Assembly (NCBI GenBank): GCA_965215195.1
Contig: CBDCDC010000001.1
Coordinates: 992,001 to 1,056,000 of the forward strand
From: Candidatus Latescibacterota bacterium
GTDB taxonomy: Bacteria > Latescibacterota > UBA2968 > UBA8231
DNA: 64,000 nucleotides
Direction: 5' to 3'
Part shown: positions 17,468 to 28,556 of the stretch, piece by piece
How positions within the stretch are numbered: the first letter of the stretch is position 1
How the letters are laid out: the number at the start of each line of letters is the position of its first letter
Made by a program: the position numbers and the translations under genes
The notes under the pieces: generated by a model
Databases searched by the model: none
What the model saw: only the letters and a program-made list of their open reading frames with translations
What the model was told of the DNA's origin: nothing

Positions 17468-19393
17468 ATGAGGAGAGGCTTATGGCTTTGGGTGCTTTGG
17501 GTGGCGATAGGATGGAGTGGGCGTAGCGGTGCGCTGACCGTTTACCGCATCGGCGCAGCGGATTTGCCCGCGCCCGCGTTGGATGTACCCTATCAATTTG
17601 TTCAGCTCGAATGGGAGGCCATAGATGCCAAAGCGCACGGCAGCGCGATACAAATGGCGCTCGGCCCCAATGGGATCATGCCGCAGCAGCTAGACCCGAC
17701 AGTCAACTTGACGCCTCTTTTGGACGAACGCGGCGGCCGGATTGAGACTTTGCAGACGATAGTCGGTTTTGCTCGCTTTCCGGCCCGCGATGCGCCGATG
17801 TTCGATGGCGATCCGACGACGCACTTTCTCGGCGATGGCGACTGGGGCGGTGATTACGGCCGGGTCAAAAACAAGCTCCTGATCTTCGACTTGGGTGGCA
17901 ACTTCATCGTCGATCGCATCAAGTTTTACCCCCGCGAACGCTTTCTCGACACCCGCTTCATTGAGCGCTTTGTTATCGGCATCAGCGATGGCGACCCACT
18001 CAAGGAGAATACGCGCGAGTACGTCGTTGGTGGAGAGGGCGGCCAGTTCCGCGATTACGATGTGGTGTACAACATCACCGAAAACACGCAGTCGGTGATC
18101 GAGCTGAGCATCCCGGATGCGCCTATCCGCCAACTCATGTTTGAGGCACCGCCCAACACCCGTGGCGTTTGGGAGATCGCCGAGTTTGAACTCTACGGCA
18201 TCGGCTTCGCGCCCGAGAGCCAGTACACAACCAACGTCATCGACTTAGGCGGCATGGTGAGTTTGGGCGACCTAACGTGGTCGGGGGAAGCCGAGGGGAG
18301 GGCAAAGGTGGCGATAGCGATGCGCAGCGGCGATGACGACGATCCCAATACCTATTGGCGCCTGACCTTTCGCGGCGACGAGCGCAGTCGCTTCGGCACC
18401 AGCGGCACCGCCTTGACGCTCAGCACGTACAACAAATTGGAAAAGGGCGAGAAGGCTGGAATCACGCCCGATACCGAAAACTGGTCCGACTGGAGCCCAC
18501 CATACAACTTCGCCGCCGGAGAGGATGTGCTGCTGGCGGATAGACCGCGTCGCTACGTGCAGTTCAAGGCCGATTTCACTGCACAGAAAGAAGCTGGTGG
18601 GCGTCTGGATTTTTTGCAGTTCAGTGTCTCGAATCCGCCGGTGGCTAGCCAAGCCTTGGCCGAGATCGGGCCGGCGAGTGCCCGTGCCGGAGAGGTGACG
18701 TCTTTTACTTATGCGATTCTGCCTCAGTTGCGCGACGAGGATTTGGGATTTGATACTATTGAGATTGAGACCCCAGTTGAGGTTGCGAGTATTGATGCGC
18801 TACGGATCGATAGCCAAGAGGCCAGCTTTGTTGTTGTGCGCTCGGACGCACGAGGATTCGCGCTGCGGATCCCGCGCATGGATCCGCAACAGACGGGCGA
18901 ACTAATTGAAATTGACTTTGCGGTGGCAGTGTTCAAGTTCGGGACGGTGTTCACCGGGAGGATCTCCGACAGCGAGAAGCCCTTTGAGGTGCGGCAGGCA
19001 CTGACCGCCGGCAACGCCGATCCACTGGTAGAGAGCAACTCCCTGAGCGTAGGGCTGGTCAATGTGGAGGAGAAGACGGTCAATGACCTCAAACTGTCTT
19101 CGCCGGTGTTTACGCCCAACGGCGACGGAATCAATGACGCCCTCGAGATTGAATACGAACTGTTGAATCTCTTCGGCGCGGTCCCGGTGGCACTGGATCT
19201 ATACGATCTGTCGGGGCAGCGGGTAGGGATGGTGCATCGGGGAACGGCGGCGAGCGGCCGATTCGCACTGACGTGGGACGGAGTGCTAGCGAATGGTGCT
19301 GTGACAGCACCGGGGCTGTATTTACTGCGATTGGAAGTTGACAGCGACCAAGGTAGGGAAGCGCGTCAGCGCGTCATTGCCTTGGCCTATTGA
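17468..19393 (+). CDS. Secreted discoidin-like protein with FlgD/CHU_C-type CTD (subtype A, copy 1)
   Basis: Signal peptide; mature start LTVYRIG; FDGDP..FLGDG, IFDLGG, IKFYPR, WEIAEFELYG; VFTPNGDGIND...ALAY. Confidence 0.8.
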   Translation: MRRGLWLWVLWVAIGWSGRSGALTVYRIGAADLPAPALDVPYQFVQLEWEAIDAKAHGSAIQMALGPNGIMPQQLDPTVNLTPLLDERGGRIETLQTIVGFARFPARDAPMFDGDPTTHFLGDGDWGGDYGRVKNKLLIFDLGGNFIVDRIKFYPRERFLDTRFIERFVIGISDGDPLKENTREYVVGGEGGQFRDYDVVYNITENTQSVIELSIPDAPIRQLMFEAPPNTRGVWEIAEFELYGIGFAPESQYTTNVIDLGGMVSLGDLTWSGEAEGRAKVAIAMRSGDDDDPNTYWRLTFRGDERSRFGTSGTALTLSTYNKLEKGEKAGITPDTENWSDWSPPYNFAAGEDVLLADRPRRYVQFKADFTAQKEAGGRLDFLQFSVSNPPVASQALAEIGPASARAGEVTSFTYAILPQLRDEDLGFDTIEIETPVEVASIDALRIDSQEASFVVVRSDARGFALRIPRMDPQQTGELIEIDFAVAVFKFGTVFTGRISDSEKPFEVRQALTAGNADPLVESNSLSVGLVNVEEKTVNDLKLSSPVFTPNGDGINDALEIEYELLNLFGAVPVALDLYDLSGQRVGMVHRGTAASGRFALTWDGVLANGAVTAPGLYLLRLEVDSDQGREARQRVIALAY

Positions 19394-19395
19394 GG

Positions 19396-21330
19396 ATGAG
19401 CCAGATGGGGTACATAATTGCATTGTGGACGTTGGGGTCGCTAGTGGTCGGCGCAGGCGATCTTGATGCTCTAACGATCTACCGGATCGGGGGTGCCGAC
19501 CTGCCCGCGCCGGAGCTAGCGTCGGTTGAAGGGGTGGAATTCGTGCAGATTGATTGGGCCGCTATCGACGAGGATTTGCACGGTAGTATCAACTTGCTAG
19601 AAGTGTCCGTTGGCCACATCGCGCCGCGTCAGCTTGACCCCACGGTCAATCTGACGCCGCTTTTGCCGCAGGCTGATTTTCTCGGCGATATACTCTATCT
19701 GACTTGGATCGGCTGGGGAGGGTTTAACGACGACGACGAGTTTATCTGGGACGAGGATCCCAATACGGCCTATCTGGGAGATGGTCATTTCGCCTCGCAT
19801 GGGCCGAATACCAAAAACCTGATCTTCGATTTTGGCGGGCTGTTTTTTATCGACCGGGTCAAGTTCTACCCGCGGCCCAGCCATCTGACCGACCGCTTCG
19901 TCGAGCGCTTCGTTATCGGCACTAGCGATGGCGACCCGCTCAAGGATCCCGACCGGGAACTTCGGGCCGGGGCGAGAGGCGATTATGTGGCCTTCGATGT
20001 GATTTACAATGTCCGCGACAATACGCAGCCAGTCATTGAGTTGAAGATGCCCGATGAGCCAATCCGCAAGTTACTCTTTCGGGCACCGGAGAATACGCGG
20101 GGAATTTGGGAATTGGCCGAGTTGGAACTCTATGGTTCGGGTTTTGCGCCCTTCTCCAATTATACCAGCAGCATTATCGACTTGGGCAAGCCGGTGGCTT
20201 TGGGCGATTTGAGCTGGTCGGGCGAAGCCGACACTGGTGCCCAGATCAGCTTAGTGATGCGTAGCGGCGATGTGCCAGACCCGAGCATCTATTGGCGCTT
20301 CACCTTCCGCGGCGACGAGCAGAGCCGCTTTGACGCCAAGGGCCAGCCGCTTACGGCCCGAGCCTACGACAAGCTCAATAAAGGCGAAAAGGCCGGGATT
20401 ACGCCTGATACCCAAAACTGGGAGCCGTGGAGTCAGGCCTACGCCTTTGCGGCTGGTTCAGGGGCGATGCAAGCCGACAAACCGCGTCGCTACGTACAGC
20501 TCAAGGCCGATTTTACCGCGCAGAAGGAGGCTGGCGGACGGCTGGATTTTTTGCAGTTTAGCGTCTCGGACCCGCCAGTGGCGACGCAAGTGTTGGCCGA
20601 AATTTCGCCACCGAGTGCCCGCGCCGGGGACGTCACCCAGTTCACCTATACGATTATGCCGCAATTCGAGCGCGAAGATTTGGGATTTGACACCATCGAG
20701 ATTGAGACGCCGGTCGAAGTAGCCAGCATTGATGGTGTGCGAATCGCCGGCCAGGAAGCCAGCTTTGAGGTCGTGTTCTTGGACGCCACCGGCTTTGTCC
20801 TCAAAATCCCACGGATGGACGTGCAGCAAACCAACGAACGGATTGAGGTGGACTTCGCCGTGGAGGTGTTCAAGTTTGGAACGGTATTCGCTGGCCGGAT
20901 CTCCGATAGCGAAAAGCCCTTTGAGGTTCGTCAGGCATTAACCCCGGGCGATGCCGATCCGCTGACCGATAGCAACACCCTGAGCGTGGGATTAGTCGAG
21001 GTGAGAGAGGAAGCAGTCAATGCGCTCAAGCTGTCTTCGCCGGTGTTTACGCCCAACGGCGATGGAATCAACGACGCCCTTGAGATCGAATACGAGTTGT
21101 TGAACCTTTTTGGTGCGGTGCCAGTGATGCTGGACCTATACGACTTATCAGGGCGGTGGATCGGGGTGGTGGATCGGGGCATGGCGGCGAGCGGACGGGT
21201 CTCGCTGCGTTGGGACGGGAGGTTAGCGGACGGATCAGTGGCTGCGCCGGGATTGTACCTGCTGCAGCTCGAAGTAGAAAGCGACCAAGGCAAGGAAGCA
21301 CGCCAGCGCGTCGTCGTTTTGGCCTACTGA
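19396..21330 (+). CDS. Secreted discoidin-like protein with FlgD/CHU_C-type CTD (subtype A, copy 2)
   Basis: LTIYRIG start, same motif order as 17468, ends RVVVLAY. Confidence 0.8.
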   Translation: MSQMGYIIALWTLGSLVVGAGDLDALTIYRIGGADLPAPELASVEGVEFVQIDWAAIDEDLHGSINLLEVSVGHIAPRQLDPTVNLTPLLPQADFLGDILYLTWIGWGGFNDDDEFIWDEDPNTAYLGDGHFASHGPNTKNLIFDFGGLFFIDRVKFYPRPSHLTDRFVERFVIGTSDGDPLKDPDRELRAGARGDYVAFDVIYNVRDNTQPVIELKMPDEPIRKLLFRAPENTRGIWELAELELYGSGFAPFSNYTSSIIDLGKPVALGDLSWSGEADTGAQISLVMRSGDVPDPSIYWRFTFRGDEQSRFDAKGQPLTARAYDKLNKGEKAGITPDTQNWEPWSQAYAFAAGSGAMQADKPRRYVQLKADFTAQKEAGGRLDFLQFSVSDPPVATQVLAEISPPSARAGDVTQFTYTIMPQFEREDLGFDTIEIETPVEVASIDGVRIAGQEASFEVVFLDATGFVLKIPRMDVQQTNERIEVDFAVEVFKFGTVFAGRISDSEKPFEVRQALTPGDADPLTDSNTLSVGLVEVREEAVNALKLSSPVFTPNGDGINDALEIEYELLNLFGAVPVMLDLYDLSGRWIGVVDRGMAASGRVSLRWDGRLADGSVAAPGLYLLQLEVESDQGKEARQRVVVLAY

Positions 21331-21333
21331 AAG

Positions 21334-23934
21334 ATGGGTATGCATCGTATCAGCATCGTATTAGTGCTTGGTTGGGCAGCGGGCGTCTCGGCCCAAGCTG
21401 GGCATCAGGTGACGACGACTCAGGTAGTAGTCAACAGCCGCGCTCACTGGCAGAACTGGAGCTTTCCACCGGGAGTGCTGGAACTAGGTGCCGATGGCTC
21501 GGTGCGGCCTCAAAACGTCCGCCGCGACATCAATGCGGTGCAAGATATCGTTGAGCACTTGCGCTTACGTCCTCCGAAAAGAATCAAAAAAGACCCCGAA
21601 GACATCGTGCCACTTGACGCGGTACAGGGCGGGGGCACGGCAAATATTGTCGCGGTGCCCAAGATTTTTGATGGGGATTTGACGACCTACTGGGAACCGG
21701 CTGCGGCGAGCGAAGAGTCCGATATCGCTTCGCAGTGGTGGTTCGTCGTTGACTTGGGCCGGTTGGTGATCGCTAAGAAGATCGTGCTCAAATTCGTCGC
21801 TGAGGATATGGGGGACCCGTTCTTGCAGTTCGATGTGCTGGCCTCGCAGGGCAACAAGCCCAAGGGCAACCAGCGTTCTCCGCTACCGGAGTTTAGCCCG
21901 TTGTTGCGGACCTTGCGACCCAACAAGGACCAGCGCGTCTTCGAGATTGACATGGACCAGTTGGGAGATGATTTCGTCGGTACCGGCCTCCGATTCGTGC
22001 AGATCGTGGTAACTGACAGCGGTTTTGACCGCGGCCGGGAGCTGAGCCAAGCCGAGTACGAGGCCCTACCGGCAGGAGAGCAGGGGGCGATTGACTACTT
22101 TAAAAAGCTCACTGGAGGCCGCGAGACCTTGGTGGAACAGAGGGTTTTCGAGCGTCTCGACGCTGACCGCCAAGGCACGATCCGTTACTACCGCAAGGAG
22201 CGTCCGCGGCTGGCGGAGCTGGAGATTCTAACCGAAGGCGACGAGATCCTTTCCGGGATGCTGGAACGCGGCGGTTTCGGTACGGCGACGCAGACAGCCT
22301 CAATTAGCAACATGATTGACGGCGAGATCGAAAGTAGGGTCCAATTTATCACCCGCTTCGGCCGGGGATCGCTCAACTCCCCGGAGGGCGGGGTTTTGTT
22401 CGATTTAGGGGCCTTTTACTGGATCGATGCTTTCCGCATCGCCTACGCCGGCGGGGCCTTTCAAGCCTACCATCTGGATTTTTCCGATGGCAGCCTCGAA
22501 GCAGACGGCAGCCTCAAATGGTCGGTCGCGGTCAATCGCACGGAGACCAGCCACTACGGCAGCAGTCAGGGGCTAGGTTTCGGCCTCTATGAGGGCAACG
22601 ACTTTGAGCGGATTAAAGCGCGATTCTTCCACCTCGTCTGGAAGCAGTTCGAGTCGGGCAGCGGCTTTGGCGGCGGCTCCGGCCAGCCGGCCGAGATTCA
22701 ACTCTACGGGCGGGGTTTTCAGCCAGAAGTGACCCTGACGTCCGACTTGGTGCGCTTGGGCGGTAGTCGCAACCTGTCCTCCATTGAGTGGGACGCCGAT
22801 ACTCCGCCGGGGACCAGTGTAATTTTGCAGACCCGCACCGGCAACGAGCTCGACGAAGTGCTGCGCTACTTCAAAAAGGACGGCACCGAAGTTACCGAGG
22901 CTGAGTACAACAAGCTGCTATCGATTTTTCGCGGCGATACCATCGGCGAAGAAGTCGCCGGTGGGGACTGGAGCGGCTGGAGCCAGCCCTACGAAGACGC
23001 CAGCACCAGCCCGATTACCTCACCCAGCCCGCGCGAATTTCTCGAGATCCGTGCGGGCCTGCTATCGGACGATCCAGAGGTTAGTGCAACGCTGCGCTCA
23101 ATCCGGCTCAACTTCACCAATCCGGTCGCGCAAAGGCTTGTCGGCGAAGTCGCCCCTTTCGAGGTCGGGAGCCTCGGCAAGGAGCAGCGTTTTTCCTTTT
23201 ACGTGCGCCCGGACTTCGCTCGTAGCGATCCCGGTTTCGACCAGTTGCTTTTGATCGCTCCCGCCGACATGAATCTGCGCTTCGAGGGATTTTATGGTGG
23301 CACAGAGACCGAAATGGCGGCCGGGGAGACGACCGGGACGGCCCTCGGTGCTGATGTCGTGCCTACTTCAGGCGACAGCTTGCAGATAGCGTTCTCTCCA
23401 CTGAGGCCTGATTCGGAGGTCGAGGTGGTGCGGTTGGACTTTTCGACAGCCTTGTTTTCGACCGGGGCGGTGGTGCAGGCGTCGTTGCAGCACAGCGGGT
23501 TGGAGGCCGGTGGTTGGCAGCGGGTGGATCCGGGCGAGGCGGTTGCGGCGGTTATCAGCAATACGACGACCTTGGTGGGAAAAGTCAAGTATGGGCCTTT
23601 AGTGCAAGCGGTGTCGGTGGTACCAGTGGCGTTTTCGCCCAATGGCGACGGAATCAATGACGAGGTATCGTTCCGCTTTGCGGTGGTCAAGGTGAGTGAT
23701 GACAGTCCGGTGGAGGTACTCATCTACGATCTACAAGGGCGGTTGGTGCGGCGACTGGCCGAGCAGCGGGGGTTGAGCACGGGGTCGTATGGGATCGCTT
23801 GGGACGGGCGCGACGGACAGGGCGAGGTAGCTCCACCAGGGATCTATCTAGCACGGTTGCGCGTGGACACCGATACCGAGGGATCCCAGATGGGCAATGC
23901 CGAAATTTTTCGCACCGTCGCCGTTACCTACTAG
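21334..23934 (+). CDS. Secreted protein with two discoidin-like domains and FlgD/CHU_C-type CTD (subtype B, copy 1)
   Basis: Signal peptide; QVVVNSRAHWQNWSFP; FDGDLTTYWEP..WWFVVDLG; second IDG..FDLGAFYWID domain; FSPNGDGIND...AVTY. Confidence 0.8.
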   Translation: MGMHRISIVLVLGWAAGVSAQAGHQVTTTQVVVNSRAHWQNWSFPPGVLELGADGSVRPQNVRRDINAVQDIVEHLRLRPPKRIKKDPEDIVPLDAVQGGGTANIVAVPKIFDGDLTTYWEPAAASEESDIASQWWFVVDLGRLVIAKKIVLKFVAEDMGDPFLQFDVLASQGNKPKGNQRSPLPEFSPLLRTLRPNKDQRVFEIDMDQLGDDFVGTGLRFVQIVVTDSGFDRGRELSQAEYEALPAGEQGAIDYFKKLTGGRETLVEQRVFERLDADRQGTIRYYRKERPRLAELEILTEGDEILSGMLERGGFGTATQTASISNMIDGEIESRVQFITRFGRGSLNSPEGGVLFDLGAFYWIDAFRIAYAGGAFQAYHLDFSDGSLEADGSLKWSVAVNRTETSHYGSSQGLGFGLYEGNDFERIKARFFHLVWKQFESGSGFGGGSGQPAEIQLYGRGFQPEVTLTSDLVRLGGSRNLSSIEWDADTPPGTSVILQTRTGNELDEVLRYFKKDGTEVTEAEYNKLLSIFRGDTIGEEVAGGDWSGWSQPYEDASTSPITSPSPREFLEIRAGLLSDDPEVSATLRSIRLNFTNPVAQRLVGEVAPFEVGSLGKEQRFSFYVRPDFARSDPGFDQLLLIAPADMNLRFEGFYGGTETEMAAGETTGTALGADVVPTSGDSLQIAFSPLRPDSEVEVVRLDFSTALFSTGAVVQASLQHSGLEAGGWQRVDPGEAVAAVISNTTTLVGKVKYGPLVQAVSVVPVAFSPNGDGINDEVSFRFAVVKVSDDSPVEVLIYDLQGRLVRRLAEQRGLSTGSYGIAWDGRDGQGEVAPPGIYLARLRVDTDTEGSQMGNAEIFRTVAVTY

Positions 23935-23944
23935 AGGAAACATA

Positions 23945-26557
23945 ATGATGAATCGATCTTTGGCCCTGGCCGTGCTGATCGCTGGCACTGCGTTAGCCCA
24001 ATCGGGATACCAGATAACCGCGAATCAAGTGGTGGTTGACAGTCGCGCTCACTGGCAAAACTGGAATTTTCCGCCAGGGGTGCTGGAACTGGGAAGTACC
24101 GGGACGGTGCAACCCCGGAGTCTGCGGCGCGATATTAACGCTGTCGGCGACATTGTCGCCAACTTGCGTGCGCGTCCACCTGAGGGTCTAAAGAAAACGC
24201 CAGAAGCCATCGTCCTCGCCGACGCCATACTAGGTGGTGCCCGCTCCAATGTCGCTGGCGTGGAAAACCTTTTCGACGGTGATATAACTACCTATTGGGA
24301 ACCTGACCCACCAACCGAGGCGCTGGATCTGAGCACTCAGTGGTGGTTTATCGTCGATTTGGGGCGCTTGGTGATGGCCAAGAAGATCGTGCTCAAGTTC
24401 GTCGCCGAAGAGTTGGGCGATCCCTTCTTACAATTCGACCTCTTGGCCTCGCAGGGCAATATTCCTAAAGGCAACCAGCGTTCACCCACCCCCGAGTTTA
24501 CCACCATCCTCCGCACGTTAAAACCCAACAAGGAACAGCGGGTTTTCGAACTGGTCACCAACTCAGAGCCAACCTTTGCCGGCACCGGGATGCGCTTCTT
24601 GCAGATCATAATTACCGGCAGTGACTTCGACCGCGGGCGGGAAGTGATCTTGGAACAATACGAGGCTCTGCCGACGAGCGACCAGGGGGCCATTGAGTTT
24701 TACAAAAAGCAGGCCGATGGCAGCGAGACCGTGGTGTCGCCGGAAATTTACGAGTTGCTAACAGCCGAGCAGCAAGGACCGATCCGCTACTTCCAGCGCG
24801 AGCGCCCGCGATTGGCCGAATTGGAAGTCTGGGCAGAGGGCGACGAGATTCTCACCGGAGCCTTGGCCCGCGGTGGGTTTGGCACTGCGACGCAAACCGC
24901 GGCGATCAACAACCTGATCGATGGCCAAATCGAGAGCAAGGTCCAGTTTCTCTATTCTTTCGGTCGCGGCTCGTTCAAGGATCCGGAAGGCATCGTCTTT
25001 TTTGACTTGGGGGCGTTTTACTGGATCGATGCTTTTCGCATGGCCTACGGTGGCTCAACGTTTCGGGATTACCGGCTCGATTTTTCCGACGGCAGCCTCG
25101 AAGCCGACGGCAGCCTTAAGTGGACTACGGCGGGGACGCGCCAGACCTCCTCCCCTACAGCGGTGGGGTCGAAGTGGGAAAGCGAGACTAATCTCAGATT
25201 CGGAGCCTACGAGGGTAACGATTTTGAGCGGATAAAAGCGCGCTTCTTTCGCTTGGTGTGGGAGCAGGTCGAAAGCGCCACGGCTCGCGGTGGGGCTACC
25301 GGCCAGCCGGCGGAGATCCAGCTTTACGGTCGGGGGTATCACCCGGAGGTGGTGCTGATCTCCAATTTGATCCGCTTGGGGGCCAGCCGCAATCTGCTGT
25401 CGATTGCTTGGGACGCTGATACGCCGCCGGGGACCAGCGTAGTTTTGCAGACCCGCACCGGCAACGAACTTGATGAGGTACTGCGCTACTTCAAAAAGGA
25501 CGGTACAGAAGTCACCGAGGCCGAGTACAACAAATTGTTGTCGATTTTTCGCGGTGACACTGTCGGCGAGGAGGTCGCCGGTGGGGACTGGAGTGACTGG
25601 AGTGCGCCCTACGAAGTGGCTGCGGGCAGTCCGATTAGTTCGCCATCGCCGCGGGCGTACTTGGAGGTGCGGGCGGTGTTGCGGTCGGACATGCCCGATT
25701 ACAGCGCGACGCTGCGATCGCTGCGATTGGATTTCACCAATCCGGTCGCGCAGGGGCTATTGGGCGAAGTGACCCCCTTTGCGGTGGAGCAGCTGGGGCA
25801 GCCGCAGCGATTTTCGCTCTACGTGCGCCCAGAGTTTGCCACTGGCGATCCGGGGTTTGATCAGTTGTTAGTAGTAGCCCCGTCGGATATGCGCTTGGCG
25901 TTTGAAGGGGTATATGGCGGTCCGGCGGCGGCACTGGCCACCGACGTAGGAGCCGATTGGGCCTTGGACGGAGCGGAAGTCGTCCCCACCGCCGGCGATA
26001 GTTTGCAAGTGGCGTTTTCGGAGATAGGCCCATCCTCGGAGGTGGAGGTGGTGCGGCTGGATTTTTCGACGGCCTTGTTTTCGACCGGAGCAGTATTGCA
26101 GGCATCGTTGCAGCACAGTGTTGAGGGAGAGGGGGGCTGGCAGCGGGTGGATCCGGGCGAGGCAGTAGAAGCCATTGCCAGCAACACGACGACGCTGGTG
26201 GGGGCGGTGCAGGAGGGTGCCTTGGTGCAGGCGGTGAAAGTAGAGCCGCGAGTGGTTACGCCCAATGGCGACGGGGTCAACGACGAGGTGGGGTTTCGCT
26301 TCCAGGTGGTCAAGGTGGACGGAGCCAGTCCGGTGGAGGTGTTGATCTACGATGTGCGGGGGCGGCGAATGCGGCGCTTAGTCGAGCATCGTCCGGCGAG
26401 CACGGGGATCTACGAGATGGAGTGGGACGGTCGGGATAAGCAGGGGACGGTGGTGGTACCGGGAGTCTATCTGGTACGGGTGCGAGTCGATACCGATATC
26501 GAGGGGGCCCACATTGCACACGCCGAAATCCTACGTACTATCGCCGTTGCCTACTAG
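23945..26557 (+). CDS. Secreted protein with two discoidin-like domains and FlgD/CHU_C-type CTD (subtype B, copy 2)
   Basis: GAGG RBS before ATG 23945; close paralog of 21334; ends RTIAVAY. Confidence 0.8.
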   Translation: MMNRSLALAVLIAGTALAQSGYQITANQVVVDSRAHWQNWNFPPGVLELGSTGTVQPRSLRRDINAVGDIVANLRARPPEGLKKTPEAIVLADAILGGARSNVAGVENLFDGDITTYWEPDPPTEALDLSTQWWFIVDLGRLVMAKKIVLKFVAEELGDPFLQFDLLASQGNIPKGNQRSPTPEFTTILRTLKPNKEQRVFELVTNSEPTFAGTGMRFLQIIITGSDFDRGREVILEQYEALPTSDQGAIEFYKKQADGSETVVSPEIYELLTAEQQGPIRYFQRERPRLAELEVWAEGDEILTGALARGGFGTATQTAAINNLIDGQIESKVQFLYSFGRGSFKDPEGIVFFDLGAFYWIDAFRMAYGGSTFRDYRLDFSDGSLEADGSLKWTTAGTRQTSSPTAVGSKWESETNLRFGAYEGNDFERIKARFFRLVWEQVESATARGGATGQPAEIQLYGRGYHPEVVLISNLIRLGASRNLLSIAWDADTPPGTSVVLQTRTGNELDEVLRYFKKDGTEVTEAEYNKLLSIFRGDTVGEEVAGGDWSDWSAPYEVAAGSPISSPSPRAYLEVRAVLRSDMPDYSATLRSLRLDFTNPVAQGLLGEVTPFAVEQLGQPQRFSLYVRPEFATGDPGFDQLLVVAPSDMRLAFEGVYGGPAAALATDVGADWALDGAEVVPTAGDSLQVAFSEIGPSSEVEVVRLDFSTALFSTGAVLQASLQHSVEGEGGWQRVDPGEAVEAIASNTTTLVGAVQEGALVQAVKVEPRVVTPNGDGVNDEVGFRFQVVKVDGASPVEVLIYDVRGRRMRRLVEHRPASTGIYEMEWDGRDKQGTVVVPGVYLVRVRVDTDIEGAHIAHAEILRTIAVAY

Positions 26558-26584
26558 CTCTTTTTCTCCAGCGGAGGGAGTACT

Positions 26585-28546
26585 ATGCGAGTGTCGCTGG
26601 TTCTACTGGCCCTCGGTTTCCTCTGGAGCCAAGCGCCGGCACTGACGATTTATCGGATTGGTGGCCAGAGCCTGCCTCCGCCCGAGCTAGACGCCCCCTA
26701 CGAATTCGTGTCGTTGTCTTGGGCCGATGCCGACGAGGCTCGCGATGGCCGGATCGAGTTAGTCGAGGTAGGGGCCGACTTCATTCGCCCGCAGCGTCTA
26801 GATCCCGCTGTCAACATCGCGCCGCAGATCTACGAATTGGACGGTGGCAAAGTCTTCGTCATGCACTCGCACACCGGCTGGACCGAGAACTTAGAGGAAG
26901 ACGACGTCTTCATCTTCGATGGCGACCCCGAAACCGTCTATTTGGGCGATGGCCACTGGCCTTGGGGGTCCATTTTCTTTGGCGGACGCTCCCTCGATGA
27001 GAGCTGGGGCAAGGGACGATGGATCTACACCAAGGTCTGGATCTTCGACCTCGGCGGCCTATTCACCCTCCAGCGCATCCGCTTTTTCCCTCGCGAAAAA
27101 TTCGCCAACGAGCGTTTCGTCCAGCGATTTAGAGTCGGCACCAGCGATGGCGACCCCCTCAAGGATGGCACCCGCGAGCACACGATCATGCACCGGGGCT
27201 TTTTTTTCGACTTCGACATTGCCTATGACGTCAAGGAAAATTCGAGCGGGGTGGTAGAACTGGCGATGCCCTCCGAGCCGGTCCAGCGCCTGCTGTTTGA
27301 CGCCCCGGAAAATTCGAGTGGGATTTGGGAACTAGCCGAGTTTGAAATATACGGCTTCGGCTTCACCACCGAGGCCACCTACCGCTCGAGCGTCATCGAC
27401 CTCGGCGAAGCGGTCGCACTGGGTGCCGTTACCTGGTCGGGGAGGCAGGATCCAGAGGCCGCCATCGAGCTGCGGACGCGCAGCGGCGACAGCGCCGACC
27501 CGAACAACTACTGGCGCTTCACGTTCAGGGGCGACGAGAAGTCTCTCTTCGACCAACAAGGGAGGCCGCTCACCCGGCAAAGCTATGCCAAACTCAACAG
27601 GGGAGAGAAGGCGGGGATTACCTATGATACCCGCAACTGGGACTCGTGGAGTCCCGCCTATGACTTCAGCACCGGGGCGGGAGATATACAGGTGGACAAA
27701 CCGCGGCGCTACGTGCAGTTTAGTGCCGACTTCCACTCAACCCGCGACCAAGGTAGTCAGCTTGACTACGTGCAGTTTGCCGTGTCGGACCCGCCTATTG
27801 CAACCCAAGTCCTAGCGGAAATCACGCCGAATGCGGTACAGGCGGGCGAGCCGGCGGCGTTTACCTATGCGTTGACCCCGGTGTTTAATCTCCGGGATTT
27901 GGGCTTCGATTCGATTGAAATCGATACCCCGAGCCTGCCCGATGGGGTGGACGCGGTGCGGATCAGCGGCGAGGAGGTGGGGTTTGAGATCCGGCGGCTG
28001 GACGAGCGAGGCTTTGAATTGGGGATTCCCCGGATTGACGCGACGCGGACCGGCGAGCGGATCGAGGTCGATTTCCGCGCCGAGATATTCCAGTTCGGGA
28101 CGCTTTTTGCCGGGCGGGTCTTCGATAGCGAGAAACCGCACGAAGTGAGGCAGGCGCTGACGGCCGGCGATGCGAATCCCCTACTAGATGGCAACCGCTT
28201 AAGCGTGGACATTCTGGATTTGGAACAAAAGAGCATCAAGAGGCTGCGCGTACAGGCCAGCGTCTTCACTCCCAACGGCGACGGGGTTAACGATGTGGTC
28301 GCGATTGAGTGCGACTTGCTGAACGTAGAGGCCGCGCCCGTGGTAATCCACATATTTGATTTGGCGGGGCGCGAGATCGGCCGAATCGACAGCGGAGAGC
28401 AGGTCAGCGGGCGGTTTAGGGCGACGTGGGACGGGCGTGCTGCCGATGATCGACTCGCGTCGCCGGGGACGTATCTGTTGCGGCTCATTGTGGAGACGGA
28501 TGAGGGGGCCGATCGGGCGCAACGGGTCGTCGGCGTGGCCTATTAA
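26585..28546 (+). CDS. Secreted discoidin-like protein with FlgD/CHU_C-type CTD (subtype A, copy 3)
   Basis: GGAGG RBS; LTIYRIG; long aromatic loop after LGDGH; VFTPNGDGVND...GVAY. Confidence 0.8.
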   Translation: MRVSLVLLALGFLWSQAPALTIYRIGGQSLPPPELDAPYEFVSLSWADADEARDGRIELVEVGADFIRPQRLDPAVNIAPQIYELDGGKVFVMHSHTGWTENLEEDDVFIFDGDPETVYLGDGHWPWGSIFFGGRSLDESWGKGRWIYTKVWIFDLGGLFTLQRIRFFPREKFANERFVQRFRVGTSDGDPLKDGTREHTIMHRGFFFDFDIAYDVKENSSGVVELAMPSEPVQRLLFDAPENSSGIWELAEFEIYGFGFTTEATYRSSVIDLGEAVALGAVTWSGRQDPEAAIELRTRSGDSADPNNYWRFTFRGDEKSLFDQQGRPLTRQSYAKLNRGEKAGITYDTRNWDSWSPAYDFSTGAGDIQVDKPRRYVQFSADFHSTRDQGSQLDYVQFAVSDPPIATQVLAEITPNAVQAGEPAAFTYALTPVFNLRDLGFDSIEIDTPSLPDGVDAVRISGEEVGFEIRRLDERGFELGIPRIDATRTGERIEVDFRAEIFQFGTLFAGRVFDSEKPHEVRQALTAGDANPLLDGNRLSVDILDLEQKSIKRLRVQASVFTPNGDGVNDVVAIECDLLNVEAAPVVIHIFDLAGREIGRIDSGEQVSGRFRATWDGRAADDRLASPGTYLLRLIVETDEGADRAQRVVGVAY

Positions 28547-28556
28547 GGAAGATGCG